Of a DNA stretch of 64,000 bases, positions 48,847 through 59,084 are shown in pieces. The first letter of the stretch is position 1. Each line of letters starts with the position of its first letter. The notes under the pieces are model-generated. The model did no database searches, was not told the DNA's origin, and was given only the letters and a program-made list of their open reading frames with translations. This DNA comes from an uncultured Candidatus Binatia bacterium. Its GTDB lineage: Bacteria; Desulfobacterota; Binatia; UBA9968; CAXXLF01. The translations under genes and the position numbers were made by a program. Location: the NCBI GenBank assembly GCA_965218425.1, contig OZ244621.1, positions 1,024,001 to 1,088,000 on the forward strand. Direction: 5' to 3'.

Positions 48847-49705
48847 AGTACGCGTTTATACGAGCTCACAGGATAGAGTTTAGGGTGGTGAGGATGTGTC
48901 AGGTGTTAGAGGTGAGTCGTAGTGGGTACTACGACTGGTGCGGTCGAGGGGAGTCTCGGCGTAGCGTGCGGGACAAGGTTCTGATCAAAGAGATCCGCAA
49001 AGTGCACGAAACACACAAGGAGGCGTACGGAGCAGTCAAGACATGGCTCACGCTGAAAGAGGTGGGGGTAGCCTGTGGGAAGCATGGGGTGCGAGGCTGA
49101 GGAGTTTAGTGGGGATAGAGACCCGTCGGGTGCGAAGATTTCGATTAGCCTACAAGGCCCGCCACAGTGCGTCCCCAGCTCCGAACTTGTTGCGCCAACG
49201 CTTTGAAGCGCCAGGCCCCGATCGGGTATGGATGGCTGATATCACCTTTATTGCTACCCGATCTGGGTGGTTATACCTGGCTGTACTGATTGACCTTTAC
49301 TCTCGGCTGGTGGTGGGATGGTCAATGAAGGAGCGTCCTACCCAGGAATGGGTCAGTGAAGCTTTACTGATGGCTATCGAACAGCGCCAGCCTACAGCGG
49401 GGCTGATTCACCATAGCGACCAGGGTTTGCAGTACTGTACTAACCAATACGTTGAGTTACTCAAACGCCATGGGATCATGCGTAGCATGAGCCGCAAAGG
49501 GAATTGCTATGATAATGCGGTAGTGGAGAGCTTGTTCAGCTCCCTGAAGAATGAGCTTGTTCACCATCAGGATTATCACACGAGGCAAGAAGCTAGGTCG
49601 GATATCTTCGACTACATTGAACTGTTCTACAACCGACGGCGCAAGCATGAGTCGCTGGGATACCCCACCCCAACGACCTACGGCTCGATCAAACGTGTGG
49701 CTTAA
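48807..49705 (+). pseudogene. IS3 transposase OrfB (DDE), frameshifted near 49090
   Basis: MCQVLEVSRSGYY...YG, then a frame change before ARLR...WMADITFI...HHSDQG...DNAVVES. Confidence 0.85.
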
Positions 49706-49765
49706 CTAACTGTCCGTCAAACCCGGGTCGGTACAGCCTGACTCCATTGAAAGAGGGAGAAAGAG

Positions 49766-50248
49766 ATGCCATCGTTCGATATTGTTTCTGAGGTTGACAC
49801 ACAAGATGTAACCAATGCGGTGGACCAGTCAAACCGCGAAGTTACAACCCGTTTTGATTTCAAAGGATCCCATGCAAAGTTCGAGCTAGAGGGCAAGCAG
49901 GTGACCATGCGCGCCCCCAGCGATTTTCAACTCAAACAAATGCTCGATATTCTCAAAGAACGCCTCGCCAGACGGAAGGTGGACGTACGATGCTTGCAGG
50001 CGGACCCGCCACAGGTGAACGTGAGCGAAGCCTGGCAGACTGTCACGGTTCGCCAGGGCATCGAGACGGAGCTGGCCAAGAAAATCGTTAAGATTACCAA
50101 GGGTGGAAAACTCAAAATCCAGGCGGCCATCCAGGGCGACAAGGTTCGCGTCACTGGTAAGAAGAGAGACGAGCTTCAACAAGTCATTGCCATGCTGAAG
50201 GACTCCGATATCGATATGCCGCTCCAATATACCAACTACCGCGACTAA
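49766..50248 (+). CDS. yajQ: YajQ family nucleotide (c-di-GMP)-binding protein
   Basis: MPSFDIVSEVD, RFDFKGS, IQGDKVRVTGKKRDELQ, LQYTNYRD. Confidence 0.95.
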   Translation: MPSFDIVSEVDTQDVTNAVDQSNREVTTRFDFKGSHAKFELEGKQVTMRAPSDFQLKQMLDILKERLARRKVDVRCLQADPPQVNVSEAWQTVTVRQGIETELAKKIVKITKGGKLKIQAAIQGDKVRVTGKKRDELQQVIAMLKDSDIDMPLQYTNYRD

Positions 50249-50376
50249 CCGCCACGCTCATGACTTCTCAAATTGAGCGCCATGTGCGAATTGAGAAATG
50301 TGAAATGGTTTTTTGTTCTTGCAATTATTTTAAGAAAAGTTAAAAATAACCGACGCAGAGAATTCAGTCGATCCGA

Positions 50377-50874
50377 TTGACAAGTCCCCTGCTGGGAGTT
50401 CGTAGAACCAATCGTTTTGCACCCATGCTTCGCCACTTCGCATCCGGTCTAACCGTTCTAGTCATCCTCGTCATTTCCCATGAAGTTTTCCCCGAGCCTG
50501 AGATGGTTGAATTGATGTTTGCCCGGGATATGGTCCTGAGGGAACCCGTGCGGCCATTCAAGCCGGGAGCGTACTGCGAACGTGGGGCGGAGCCGGCAGG
50601 TCCCATACCTGTGGTGAATTCGCAGGTGGAAAACAAGGTCTTTTTTTGGAGCCTCTTCACCCATGCGTCCGAAGGTATTTTACGCCATGGCTGGTACAAA
50701 GAAGATGTCGAAATTTATAGTGAAAACATCGAGATAGGGGAATCCGGCTGGTGGCGTAGCTGGAGTGACAAGAAGATCGTCCCCAAAGAGGACACTGGGA
50801 AATGGAAGTTAGTGGTGTCCACCCTAGGTGAAAATCAGCAGATCATCTGTGTCGTTCACTTTCTCGTAAAGTAA
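50377..50874 (+). CDS. DUF2914-like exported protein
   Basis: N-terminal hydrophobic segment; C-terminal H.W...WRSWS.K...G.W beta-sandwich pattern; true start may be ATG ~50425. Confidence 0.65.
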   Translation: MTSPLLGVRRTNRFAPMLRHFASGLTVLVILVISHEVFPEPEMVELMFARDMVLREPVRPFKPGAYCERGAEPAGPIPVVNSQVENKVFFWSLFTHASEGILRHGWYKEDVEIYSENIEIGESGWWRSWSDKKIVPKEDTGKWKLVVSTLGENQQIICVVHFLVK

Positions 50875-50981
50875 CCTGCCATTTTATCTATCCTCCGCTG
50901 ATCGCACTCTTCAGACCGTCTACTCTAGACTTGACATCTCGGCTGCCTTTCACCATTGTGACATGACCCCTTCAACTCAAT

Positions 50982-52265
50982 ATGCAACCCGAGGACCCTA
51001 AATCCAACTCTGAGTCACAGGACCAGCCCTCGACTCGTAGCACTGCCCTCACCACCCTACGGCACCGGGATTTTCGTCTGCTCTGGTTTGGCCAGTTAGT
51101 CTCCACCATGGGAGACCAAATGCAAACCGTAGCCATAGGGTGGCATATATTCATTTTGACGGATTCGACACTCCAGGTAGGTCTGGTGGGCTTGGCCCGT
51201 GTGATCCCCTTCCTGCTGCTTTCTTTCATTGGCGGAGATCTTGCAGACCGGGTGAGCCGCAAGAAATTAATATTAGCCACCCAGGGCGTATTAATGTTGC
51301 CAACTCTGGCGTTGACTGTAGGAACAGCCTTGGGTGTAGTTACCCCAGGGTTTATTTATTTAGTCTCGGTCATCTCCGGGGCGGCAACGGCCTTCGATGC
51401 GCCGGCACGCCAGTCCATCCTTCCCAACCTTGTACCCCGAAACGAGCTGGCCAACGCCTTGACTCTCAACTCTATCAACCGACAAACGGCCACCATTGCT
51501 GGTCCCGGTCTCGGGGGACTGGTAATCGGCTTTTTCGGCTTGGCTCCGACCTATGCGCTCAACGTGATCACTTTTATGGCCGTAATCATCGCGCTGCTGC
51601 TCATGTCGGCGGTCCCAGCACCATCGCGCGGGGGGGGCCGTAAATGGAGCGATGTCCTCGGGGGCTTTCACTTTGTACGCAAGGAACCCCTAGTACTGCT
51701 ACCACTCACCGTGGATCTTACAGTGACATTGCTACGTACCTATCGTGTTCTGCTGCCCGTTTTCGTACGGGACGTATTGGGCCTTGGACCCGAAGCCCTG
51801 GGACTACTTCACTCGGCGGGCGCAGTGGGAGCGCTGGTCGGAGCCGGGGTGCTTGGCGCCATCGGTGATATCAGGCACAAAATCGCCGTTATGCTAGTCG
51901 CCTATGCGTCTCAAGGGGTGTTCCTCATGGGTTTTGCTTTTTCCCGTACACTTTCCCTAGCACTGCTGATGTTGGTGAGCTATGGAGTCGGCAATGTAGT
52001 ATCCGAGGTCATGCGGGTTACCCTAGTGCAGTTGAGAACGCCCGATAACCTGAGGGGCAGGGTAACGGCTTTGGCTGCCATGTTCACCAACGGTGGGCCA
52101 CAACTCGGGCAGGTAAATCTCGGTGCCCTCACAACGTTGCTTGGACCGGTGGGAGCCGCTATCCTAGGAGGCATCGGCGTGGTATTGGCTTGCGCGGGCT
52201 TTGCCCTGCTGCCCCCTCTGCGCCAAGGTATGAAAGAACAGAAGGAAGCAGTCCTCGGTTCGTGA
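50982..52265 (+). CDS. MFS transporter (EntS/MFS_3-like)
   Basis: LRHRDFRLLW.GQ, GGDLADRVSR, PARQSILPNLV, TPDNLRGRV. Confidence 0.9.
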   Translation: MQPEDPKSNSESQDQPSTRSTALTTLRHRDFRLLWFGQLVSTMGDQMQTVAIGWHIFILTDSTLQVGLVGLARVIPFLLLSFIGGDLADRVSRKKLILATQGVLMLPTLALTVGTALGVVTPGFIYLVSVISGAATAFDAPARQSILPNLVPRNELANALTLNSINRQTATIAGPGLGGLVIGFFGLAPTYALNVITFMAVIIALLLMSAVPAPSRGGGRKWSDVLGGFHFVRKEPLVLLPLTVDLTVTLLRTYRVLLPVFVRDVLGLGPEALGLLHSAGAVGALVGAGVLGAIGDIRHKIAVMLVAYASQGVFLMGFAFSRTLSLALLMLVSYGVGNVVSEVMRVTLVQLRTPDNLRGRVTALAAMFTNGGPQLGQVNLGALTTLLGPVGAAILGGIGVVLACAGFALLPPLRQGMKEQKEAVLGS

Positions 52266-52430
52266 CCTGTGATCTAGTAGCGCTCAATCCGACTTCGCTC
52301 TAGACTGGTGACGATTCGACCACGATCCTTCGATCAATGGGATGGTCTCAAAGATGGAGGTTCGATACCTTTCCCAATAATTCTCATTCCCGTAGCGATT
52401 TCTGCAGTACGATAGCTGATCAGGTACCAG

Positions 52431-52825
52431 GTGCGTGTGGATCAAATCCTCGCGGTGAAGAAAACCTCAGACGCGCTTCCCTTCACCTTGCCACCTCTAC
52501 CCAAAGTTAACTTCGAACACACCACATTACTAACGGTTGGGAAATCGCTAAGCTCTGAAGACATTAAGGCTGTGTTCACACCACGGAAAACCGCAAGGAC
52601 GCGTTGTTATTGTTAGTCCAAGCGGTGGCGTCCAATCCAAAGGTCTGGGGCGAATTCAGCGAGCACCATATGGCTGAGGCTCTGGCGACGGGAGTTCTCG
52701 ACGGCCTTACCAAAGACCCCACGAACCTCCTGAGCGCTACCATAATGACGGAGATATTCAAACAGGGGCCGAGGGCCATCAGCCGAGGGGGAACCTTATT
52801 CCTACAGCGAGAGGGCGCTGCGTGA
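52431..52825 (+). pseudogene. Possible frameshifted hypothetical gene remnant
   Basis: Two overlapping same-strand ORFs join across ~52580 into protein-like text (DIKAVFT/TENRKDALLLLVQAVA); no family recognised. Confidence 0.3.
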
Positions 52826-52936
52826 AAGGAAGTGAAGTGGACAAACCAAGCACCGCAGAAGTCACCGGACCCTCATGTTCGGTGCCCTCGCCTGTCGAGG
52901 CTCGCCCCCTCCACCGACACTAAGTCATGGAATGGT

Positions 52937-53779
52937 TTATCGCTTGATGGTGGTGGAAGACAGTGGCTTGGACGCGGCGTGATAGCGTTCAAACCATTCC
53001 ACTTCACCCATGGCCCCTGTATAGGCGATTCTTAGGGCCTCACGATCGATGGGCTCGATCTCACCCAGTGCAATGGCTTCAATACGCTCCTTTGAAACCG
53101 GATTGCCATACTGGTAATTGCGTCCATGGAGACGAACCGTGGAGTATTCACGAATCACCTCGAGAGCCTTATTTTCCTCCTCTTCCGTCTTCACCAAACT
53201 ATAGAGGGGGTGACGGTTTCCCAGAACATCACCGTGGGCCATCTCATCATGGAGGATGATCTTACCCACCTCGGCTAGAAGTTTTTCGTAGTCACCGCCT
53301 TTAAGACCGACGACGCCAAAGGCCACCGAGCCTGCACCGCCACTGTTAAAGGAGCCCGCGGACTCGTGCAGCGGGGATATTTTGGCCCATTTCGCCCGGC
53401 AGTCTCTTTCCTTTCGTCCGTACTGGGTCCACTCGGCAGCGTCCCGCTGGACGTTTAGTTCCTTCCAGTCCACCCGCTCGCCGCTGATGCCTTCCAACAG
53501 GTAAGCCAGGGTGGCGTAGTGCCTGATCTCAAAGTAGTGCTCCGCCAACTCGTGCACTAAATCCTCCCGCCGAAGCCCATGGTCTGTCCGTTCCACCATC
53601 TTCGTCAATTCACCCTGGGAGATTTCACGCAGATTACGGACTTCACGAGCCACCTGAATCCTGAGAGCGAACACATGCTGTTCGATGGGACGCGGCTTGG
53701 AGTAGAACGTCGTTGAGATCTCGGCCTCACCCGCCCGGAACCGCGCGCATGCGTCTTCGACCTTATCCATTAGAGGCAT
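52937..53779 (-). CDS. Ferritin-like (diiron carboxylate-type) protein
   Basis: Helical; REVRN...EIRH...DEMAH ligand pattern; AAGGAG RBS supports start at 53779. Confidence 0.65.
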   Translation of the reverse strand: MPLMDKVEDACARFRAGEAEISTTFYSKPRPIEQHVFALRIQVAREVRNLREISQGELTKMVERTDHGLRREDLVHELAEHYFEIRHYATLAYLLEGISGERVDWKELNVQRDAAEWTQYGRKERDCRAKWAKISPLHESAGSFNSGGAGSVAFGVVGLKGGDYEKLLAEVGKIILHDEMAHGDVLGNRHPLYSLVKTEEEENKALEVIREYSTVRLHGRNYQYGNPVSKERIEAIALGEIEPIDREALRIAYTGAMGEVEWFERYHAASKPLSSTTIKR

Positions 53780-53949
53780 GGTCACTTTCTCCTTCTTGCA
53801 CCTTGTTTTCCTGCCATTGGAAGTTGCTCCAAGCCTATACATTCTGATCGTACACTGTCAAATCCACCGGGGGCGTTGACCCGGCTCGGGCCATTGTGAT
53901 ACCACAGTTTTTTAGGAGAATCCTAAATTCGTCTAAGGAGGTCGGCCAA

Positions 53950-54330
53950 ATGTCCATCGAATTCGTCGACATGCATAAACTGGCAAAGGAAAAGAAGCGA
54001 AAAAGCATTATGAACACCCCGCGCTTCCATGCTTGGCATCACTACTATCCTCCGGGCCGCAAGGACGAGATGCACTGCCACAATGCAGACCAGACCTTTA
54101 TTGTAATCGACGGGGAGTGCACTATGACTTTCCCTGACGGCAGCAGGAAAGTGCTCAAGCCAGGCATGGTGGCAATGATTACCGGGGGATCTTTTTATCG
54201 GCTAGAGAACACCGGTTCAGGTCCTATGATTATGATGGGTAACCGCTCAGGACCGGAAGCAACTCTCAAAACTATCAGTTACGAGACAGGCAAGGAAATC
54301 ATCTTTAACAGCTCTCCCAAGGCATCCTAG
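53950..54330 (+). CDS. Small cupin protein
   Basis: MHCHNADQTFIVIDGE...LKPG...YRLENTG; AAGGAGG RBS. Confidence 0.8.
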   Translation: MSIEFVDMHKLAKEKKRKSIMNTPRFHAWHHYYPPGRKDEMHCHNADQTFIVIDGECTMTFPDGSRKVLKPGMVAMITGGSFYRLENTGSGPMIMMGNRSGPEATLKTISYETGKEIIFNSSPKAS

Positions 54331-54369
54331 GCGATTGTCTCTGGGACTGTGAATTGGAACACTATCGAT

Positions 54370-54801
54370 TCACGTCTTTCCCTTGAAATAGGGGCCCGGC
54401 GTTTTTCCTTCCGCACAGTCCTTGAGCCGGTACAGCAAGACGCCCCAGATGGCGTTGCACGTGCCAAACCAACCATCGGCGGAAACCCAATCGGCGTGGG
54501 TCAGGTAGAGTTCCGTTGAGTCGCCCTGGGCCTCTAACCGCCACGAGATGCGCGTTCCCTTCCACTCCTCGTGTTCTCCGAGACAGTCCCATACCACCCG
54601 GTTGTCGGGAACAAGCTCCGCCACACGAGCATGCAGACGAGTTCCCTCCTCACCATGGCTGAACTCTGCCAAGCCTCCGACCCCGGGCTCCACGGTCATG
54701 TCTGCCGTCCACCATGCCCGCATTCCCTCTTGTGTGGAAAGCGTCTGGTAAACCTTGCGAGGCGAAGCATAAATCCTCACCTGCTGTCTCATCTGTGACA
54801 T
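54370..54801 (-). CDS. SRPBCC/AHSA1 domain protein
   Basis: ASP.KVY..L.T.EG..AWW, EWKGT.I, THADW, W...L..LK..AE. Confidence 0.85.
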   Translation of the reverse strand: MSQMRQQVRIYASPRKVYQTLSTQEGMRAWWTADMTVEPGVGGLAEFSHGEEGTRLHARVAELVPDNRVVWDCLGEHEEWKGTRISWRLEAQGDSTELYLTHADWVSADGWFGTCNAIWGVLLYRLKDCAEGKTPGPYFKGKT

Positions 54802-54850
54802 TCAGACGTCCTCAGTCTTTAAGATCGCCAGGGTCTTTGGCAAGTGCGGT

Positions 54851-55315
54851 CTAACCTTTCCAATCGTAGTTGAGGGCTGTGAAATCGACGACATAATTCC
54901 CGCCTGCTTTGACCGAGCGAGGCAGCTTGTCCGCGTCCCTTAACCCCTCTGGACAATACAGCTCAAACAGGTTCCCTGAAGGGTCACGGAAATACATAAG
55001 GGCCTCTATACCATGTCTGGTCCACGGCCCAGGGATCGGAATGCCAGACGCTTTCAAGTGTTCTATAAAAGGATAAAAATCTTCCGGTGCCATGGTGAAG
55101 GCGTAATGTGGATACTCCGCGTCGGGTCCCGTCCAGCCGCTTTTTTGCTGTGACAACCCGATGGTTGCGCCTCCCACCTCGACTTCGGCAAAACCGGGTG
55201 CGAGGTCCCTGACATTTTTACCCCCAAGCACCCCGGAATAAAATCGCTTTGACTCCTCCAGATTTTTCACTGGGATGCTGGCATGGTTAAAGGTACCTAA
55301 TTTTGAACTCGACAT
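54851..55315 (-). CDS. VOC family protein
   Basis: NHASIPV.NLE.S..FY..VLG, PHYAF, YFRDPSGNLFEL; GGAGG RBS. Confidence 0.88.
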   Translation of the reverse strand: MSSSKLGTFNHASIPVKNLEESKRFYSGVLGGKNVRDLAPGFAEVEVGGATIGLSQQKSGWTGPDAEYPHYAFTMAPEDFYPFIEHLKASGIPIPGPWTRHGIEALMYFRDPSGNLFELYCPEGLRDADKLPRSVKAGGNYVVDFTALNYDWKG

Positions 55316-55580
55316 GGCAACTTGCCTCCTTTCGTTACGTCTATTTCCTCTTGAAGCCATTGAGAGGAAATCCACAGTGCCGGCCTCCAATTACCATAAT
55401 CCTATTCACGGGGCAAATGGAAAGCTCAAGTGACTACAGACCGCGACAAACAACATCATCACAGAGGTACAAGGTGCAAGTTGACATTCCCAGTCGATTG
55501 TCGATATTTTCTCATTCAGCTCAACGATCCGCAAAGGATAGGTAAGTTGAAATACTCTTCGATCCAAAGGAAGCACCATT

Positions 55581-56555
55581 ATGAAAGTTGCCGTCATTGA
55601 CGATTATCAGGATGCTTTCCGCACGCTCGATTGTTATAAAAAATTGAGCGGCCACGACGTAACCGTCTATAACGACACCGAAAAAGACCCGGCTCGCCTT
55701 GCGGATCGGTTAAAAGACGCCGAAACAGTCATCCTGACCCAGCAACGCTCGCGCTTTCCGCGCGCCGTGATCGAACGACTCCCCAACCTCAAGCTGGTTA
55801 ACCAAACAGGTCGTAACGTGGGTCACATCGATGTGGACGCCTGCACCCAGCACGGGATCCTCGTGTCCGCAGGCGGTTCCGGCGATCCGCACACCACTGC
55901 GGAGCTCACCTGGTCACTCATACTCGCCGCTCTACGGTATATTCCCAAGGAAGTGAAAAATCTACGAGAAGGAAATTGGCAATCGACGCTAGGTACCCGC
56001 GTGAAAGGTAAGATATTGGGGATCTACGCCCTGGGCCGCATCGGCGGCATCGTAGCGAACGTGGGACAAGCCTTCGGGGCGCGCGTCTTGTGTTGGGGAC
56101 GAGAAGTTTCCACCGGGCGGGCTAGAGAGGCCGGCTACGACGTCGCGGAAAGTCGCGAAGCCTTCTTCAGGCAAGCCGACATCCTGAGCCTGCACATCCC
56201 CCTCAATCAGGAAACCCGTGGGATCATCACACGCCAGGATCTCGCACACATGAAACCCACGGCGCTGCTCGTGAACTCAAGTCGCGCAGGGCTCATCGCT
56301 GAGGGTGCCCTGGTGGAGGCCCTCCAGGCGGGACGCCCGGGTTTTGCCGCAGTGGACGTCTACGAGGACGAACCGGTCATCGGCGGAAACCATCCACTAC
56401 TAAAAATGGACAACGTGACTTGCACCCCTCACCTGGGTTACGTTACGAAGGATACCTACGAGTCTTACTTCGGGGCGATCGTCGATCAGATCCTCGCTTA
56501 CGCCGCCGGGAAACCCATCAATGTGATCAACCCACAGGCCGTTGGGCAGAAATAA
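55581..56555 (+). CDS. D-2-hydroxyacid dehydrogenase family protein
   Basis: IDDYQ, LGRIG, SLHIPL, NSSRA, DVYEDEP, TPHLGYV. Confidence 0.92.
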   Translation: MKVAVIDDYQDAFRTLDCYKKLSGHDVTVYNDTEKDPARLADRLKDAETVILTQQRSRFPRAVIERLPNLKLVNQTGRNVGHIDVDACTQHGILVSAGGSGDPHTTAELTWSLILAALRYIPKEVKNLREGNWQSTLGTRVKGKILGIYALGRIGGIVANVGQAFGARVLCWGREVSTGRAREAGYDVAESREAFFRQADILSLHIPLNQETRGIITRQDLAHMKPTALLVNSSRAGLIAEGALVEALQAGRPGFAAVDVYEDEPVIGGNHPLLKMDNVTCTPHLGYVTKDTYESYFGAIVDQILAYAAGKPINVINPQAVGQK

Positions 56556-56741
56556 ATACTCTAAACTATACTGCGGCACCCCCGCCATCAGACCATCGGG
56601 GACTTGTATAAGTGAACGGAGTAGTTCTCTTCGACCTTTATTCATCTATGCAAGCCTTCTCTGAAAAGAGCAATTGAAATTGGGCACCGGCAAGGCTACG
56701 TTGTCCTCTATCAAGGCTAGAATTCAAGAAAGGAAGCCCCG

Positions 56742-57096
56742 ATGGCACAACCACAAGCCGGCATTATTCCTGAACCCAATCCCTAAGCACTGTTTCTCAT
56801 CCTGCGCGTCCTTGAACCAGCCGTCAACGGCCCACATCAGCCGGGTGGTTATTGAGGAGGACGGCGAGGAGTTGGAGATTGTCCGCCATAGCTTCCCTTA
56901 CGGAATCACATCGGAATCAGGGCTCTTCTTCATCGCCTATACCAAGAGCACCGACATCCCTGAAAAGATGCTCAATCGGATGATGGGAACCACCGGCGAC
57001 GGACTCCACGATCATCTGATGAACTATACCCAAGCAGTCACAGGGGCAATGTTCTTTGCCCCCTCTCTGAACACACTTAAGTCACGGGGAAGGTAA
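56742..57096 (+). pseudogene. DyP-type peroxidase pseudogene with internal deletion
   Basis: N-terminus MAQPQAGIIPEPNP*ALFLIL fused to C-terminal AHISRV...EIVRHSFPYG...GLFFIAY...DGLHDHL...VTGAMFFAPS; GXXDG region missing. Confidence 0.85.
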
Positions 57097-57104
57097 GAGA
57101 TGGA

Positions 57105-58013
57105 CTAGCGATAGAGGCCTGCGATGAATCCGTCGGCTTCCAGTTCTTTCAAAATGCTATCTTCGACAAATTGACGGGGATCCGCTTGGGCGGCGAGGGG
57201 AAGCCCTTTCGCCATAGTATTCAATGCCGCCCGCAACGCCTCTAGCTTAGGAAAGGGAACCTTGGGCATCCCGGCCGCGGTCATGTCATAGGTTTCCTCC
57301 GCGATGGATGGATCCGACAGTGTGCTGTATTCTGCCTGAACCTTCACTGTAAAATCCCTGTCGGTCCGGTACCGGTGCATCCCCTCCGCATAGGACTTGA
57401 TAAAGCTTTTTGTATTTTCCAAGTTTTTCGAGATGTAGCTCCTGCGGGAGGCAATTCCACCCAGGGCAAAGTTCATTCCGTAATCCGTAAAGTCCACAAG
57501 GAACCGACACCCTCGCCTTCTTGCCTCCATGGCATCAGGAGGGGTTAAAATGGTTGCATCGCACTCGCCACGGATTAACCCGTTGAGTCTCACTCCTTCT
57601 TCAGCAGACATTTGGATGGGCCGGATCCCTTGAAGCTTTAGGCGATGGATCACGAAATCAGCCATCACATCGGACAGCCCTCCATCTCCCGGGACACCGA
57701 AGGCCATTCCCGTGAGCTGTTCCACGCTCTCTATGCCGGGACGACCTACCAGAAATTGCTGGTTGATGCCGCCGGTCAGGTAGACGAGATCCAGGTTTTC
57801 TTCCAGGCAGAGCCGCATCATATTGGGAGCGGCCAGATTCCCGAACTGGATCTCACCGCTCATCAACCCGCGCACAACCCCCCGGGCGCCGCCCATGAGA
57901 CGGGTTTGAACCTGCAGGCCGTACTTCTCGAATAGTCCCGCCCGCTCGGTAACGATGAGGGGTCCCGCACCTTGCCCTTTGGTGGCGTAACCCGCCGTTA
58001 GTGAATTCGCCAT
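57105..58013 (-). CDS. NMT1/TauA-like ABC substrate-binding protein
   Basis: GLFEKYGL.V, L.SGEIQF, GECDAT.L.PP, FVEDSIL.ELE..GFI; no signal peptide evident. Confidence 0.8.
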   Translation of the reverse strand: MANSLTAGYATKGQGAGPLIVTERAGLFEKYGLQVQTRLMGGARGVVRGLMSGEIQFGNLAAPNMMRLCLEENLDLVYLTGGINQQFLVGRPGIESVEQLTGMAFGVPGDGGLSDVMADFVIHRLKLQGIRPIQMSAEEGVRLNGLIRGECDATILTPPDAMEARRRGCRFLVDFTDYGMNFALGGIASRRSYISKNLENTKSFIKSYAEGMHRYRTDRDFTVKVQAEYSTLSDPSIAEETYDMTAAGMPKVPFPKLEALRAALNTMAKGLPLAAQADPRQFVEDSILKELEADGFIAGLYR

Positions 58014-58056
58014 CCTTAAACCTCTCTCTCCCCCCTGGAGCCCTGATGACTACAAC

Positions 58057-59082
58057 TCAAACCCCGCCAAAGCCTTCATCCTGCGCGCCACTTAGTAGCC
58101 AGGGGTCCTTGATTTCTGTGGTAGGTGATTGACCGGTGAGGACCCGTGCCACTTCTCGCGCCGCATGGGTTTGACAGTCCACATAGGACTCGTTGGAGTT
58201 GGCGGCTGTATGGCCCGTGACGATGACGTTGGGGAGGGTGAGGATCTTGTGATCGGCCGGTATCGGCTCAGGGTCCGTGACATCAAGGGCTGCGCCAGCA
58301 AGTTGACCTGAGATCAAAGCATCGTACAGGGCATCCGTGTCCACGAGACCTCCGCGAGCACAGTTGATGAGAAACGCCGTTGGTTTCATGGCCGCTATTC
58401 GCTCCCGGTTAAACATCTTTCGCGTGACTCCTGTCAGGGGAGCGTGGATGCTAATGAAATCGGAAATCCGCACAAGGTCATCCAGGGACACCAGAGGAAC
58501 ACCAAGGTCTTGGGCGACATTCGGGTCTAGATAAGGATCCACAGCCTGCACCCTTAACTTCATTCCTTGCGCGCGGGGCGCAACCTGCCGACCCACGTGA
58601 CCTAGCCCAACGATCCCTAGGGTCCGTCCCGTGATGCGCGACACGGGACCACGAAAGGCATGCAACTCGGTGGTGTGGCGCCGCCAGCGCCCATCATGCA
58701 CGTACTGGTTCATGCGCACGAGCTTTCGCGCAGACGCAATCAGCAACCCGATGGTCTGTTCTGCCACCTCGATGGCGTTGCAACCCGCCGCATTGCTCAC
58801 TACGATACCGCGCTCAGCCGCGGCCTCAAGATCCATTCGATCTACCCCAACCCCGGTGCGGCACACGACCTTGCAGCGTTTTAGCTGCTGGATAATCTCC
58901 CGGGTGAAGGGAATCGAGCCGTGGAAGATCAGCCCGTCCGCATCGCGTCCTGCTTCAGCCACTTCGGCTTCCGACTTTGGCCTTTCAATGATCATTTCTG
59001 CATCGATCTCATCAAGTATTGGCTTGATCAGGTCCACAGGAACCTCATTGCTGCCGCAATAGACCACATGGTATTTAGCCAT
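58057..59082 (-). CDS. D-isomer 2-hydroxyacid dehydrogenase (PGDH/CtBP-like)
   Basis: RTGVGVD, GLGHVG, HAPLT, NCARG, LDVTDPEP, TGHTA. Confidence 0.9.
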   Translation of the reverse strand: MAKYHVVYCGSNEVPVDLIKPILDEIDAEMIIERPKSEAEVAEAGRDADGLIFHGSIPFTREIIQQLKRCKVVCRTGVGVDRMDLEAAAERGIVVSNAAGCNAIEVAEQTIGLLIASARKLVRMNQYVHDGRWRRHTTELHAFRGPVSRITGRTLGIVGLGHVGRQVAPRAQGMKLRVQAVDPYLDPNVAQDLGVPLVSLDDLVRISDFISIHAPLTGVTRKMFNRERIAAMKPTAFLINCARGGLVDTDALYDALISGQLAGAALDVTDPEPIPADHKILTLPNVIVTGHTAANSNESYVDCQTHAAREVARVLTGQSPTTEIKDPWLLSGAQDEGFGGV

Positions 59083-59084
59083 CA

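Larger units (their letters stand above)
48499..49735 (+). mobile_element. IS3-family insertion sequence, 1237 bp
   Basis: TG...CA ends; IRs sharing CCCGGGTTTGACGGACA; 3-bp target duplication GCC (48496-98, 49736-38); A6G slippery site at 48807-48813. Confidence 0.95.

Noticed and set aside
49080..49100. Second frameshift in IS3 orfB as a programmed event
   Set aside because: No slippery motif here; the programmed site is the A6G at 48807-48813, so this is best read as a 1-bp deletion or sequencing error.
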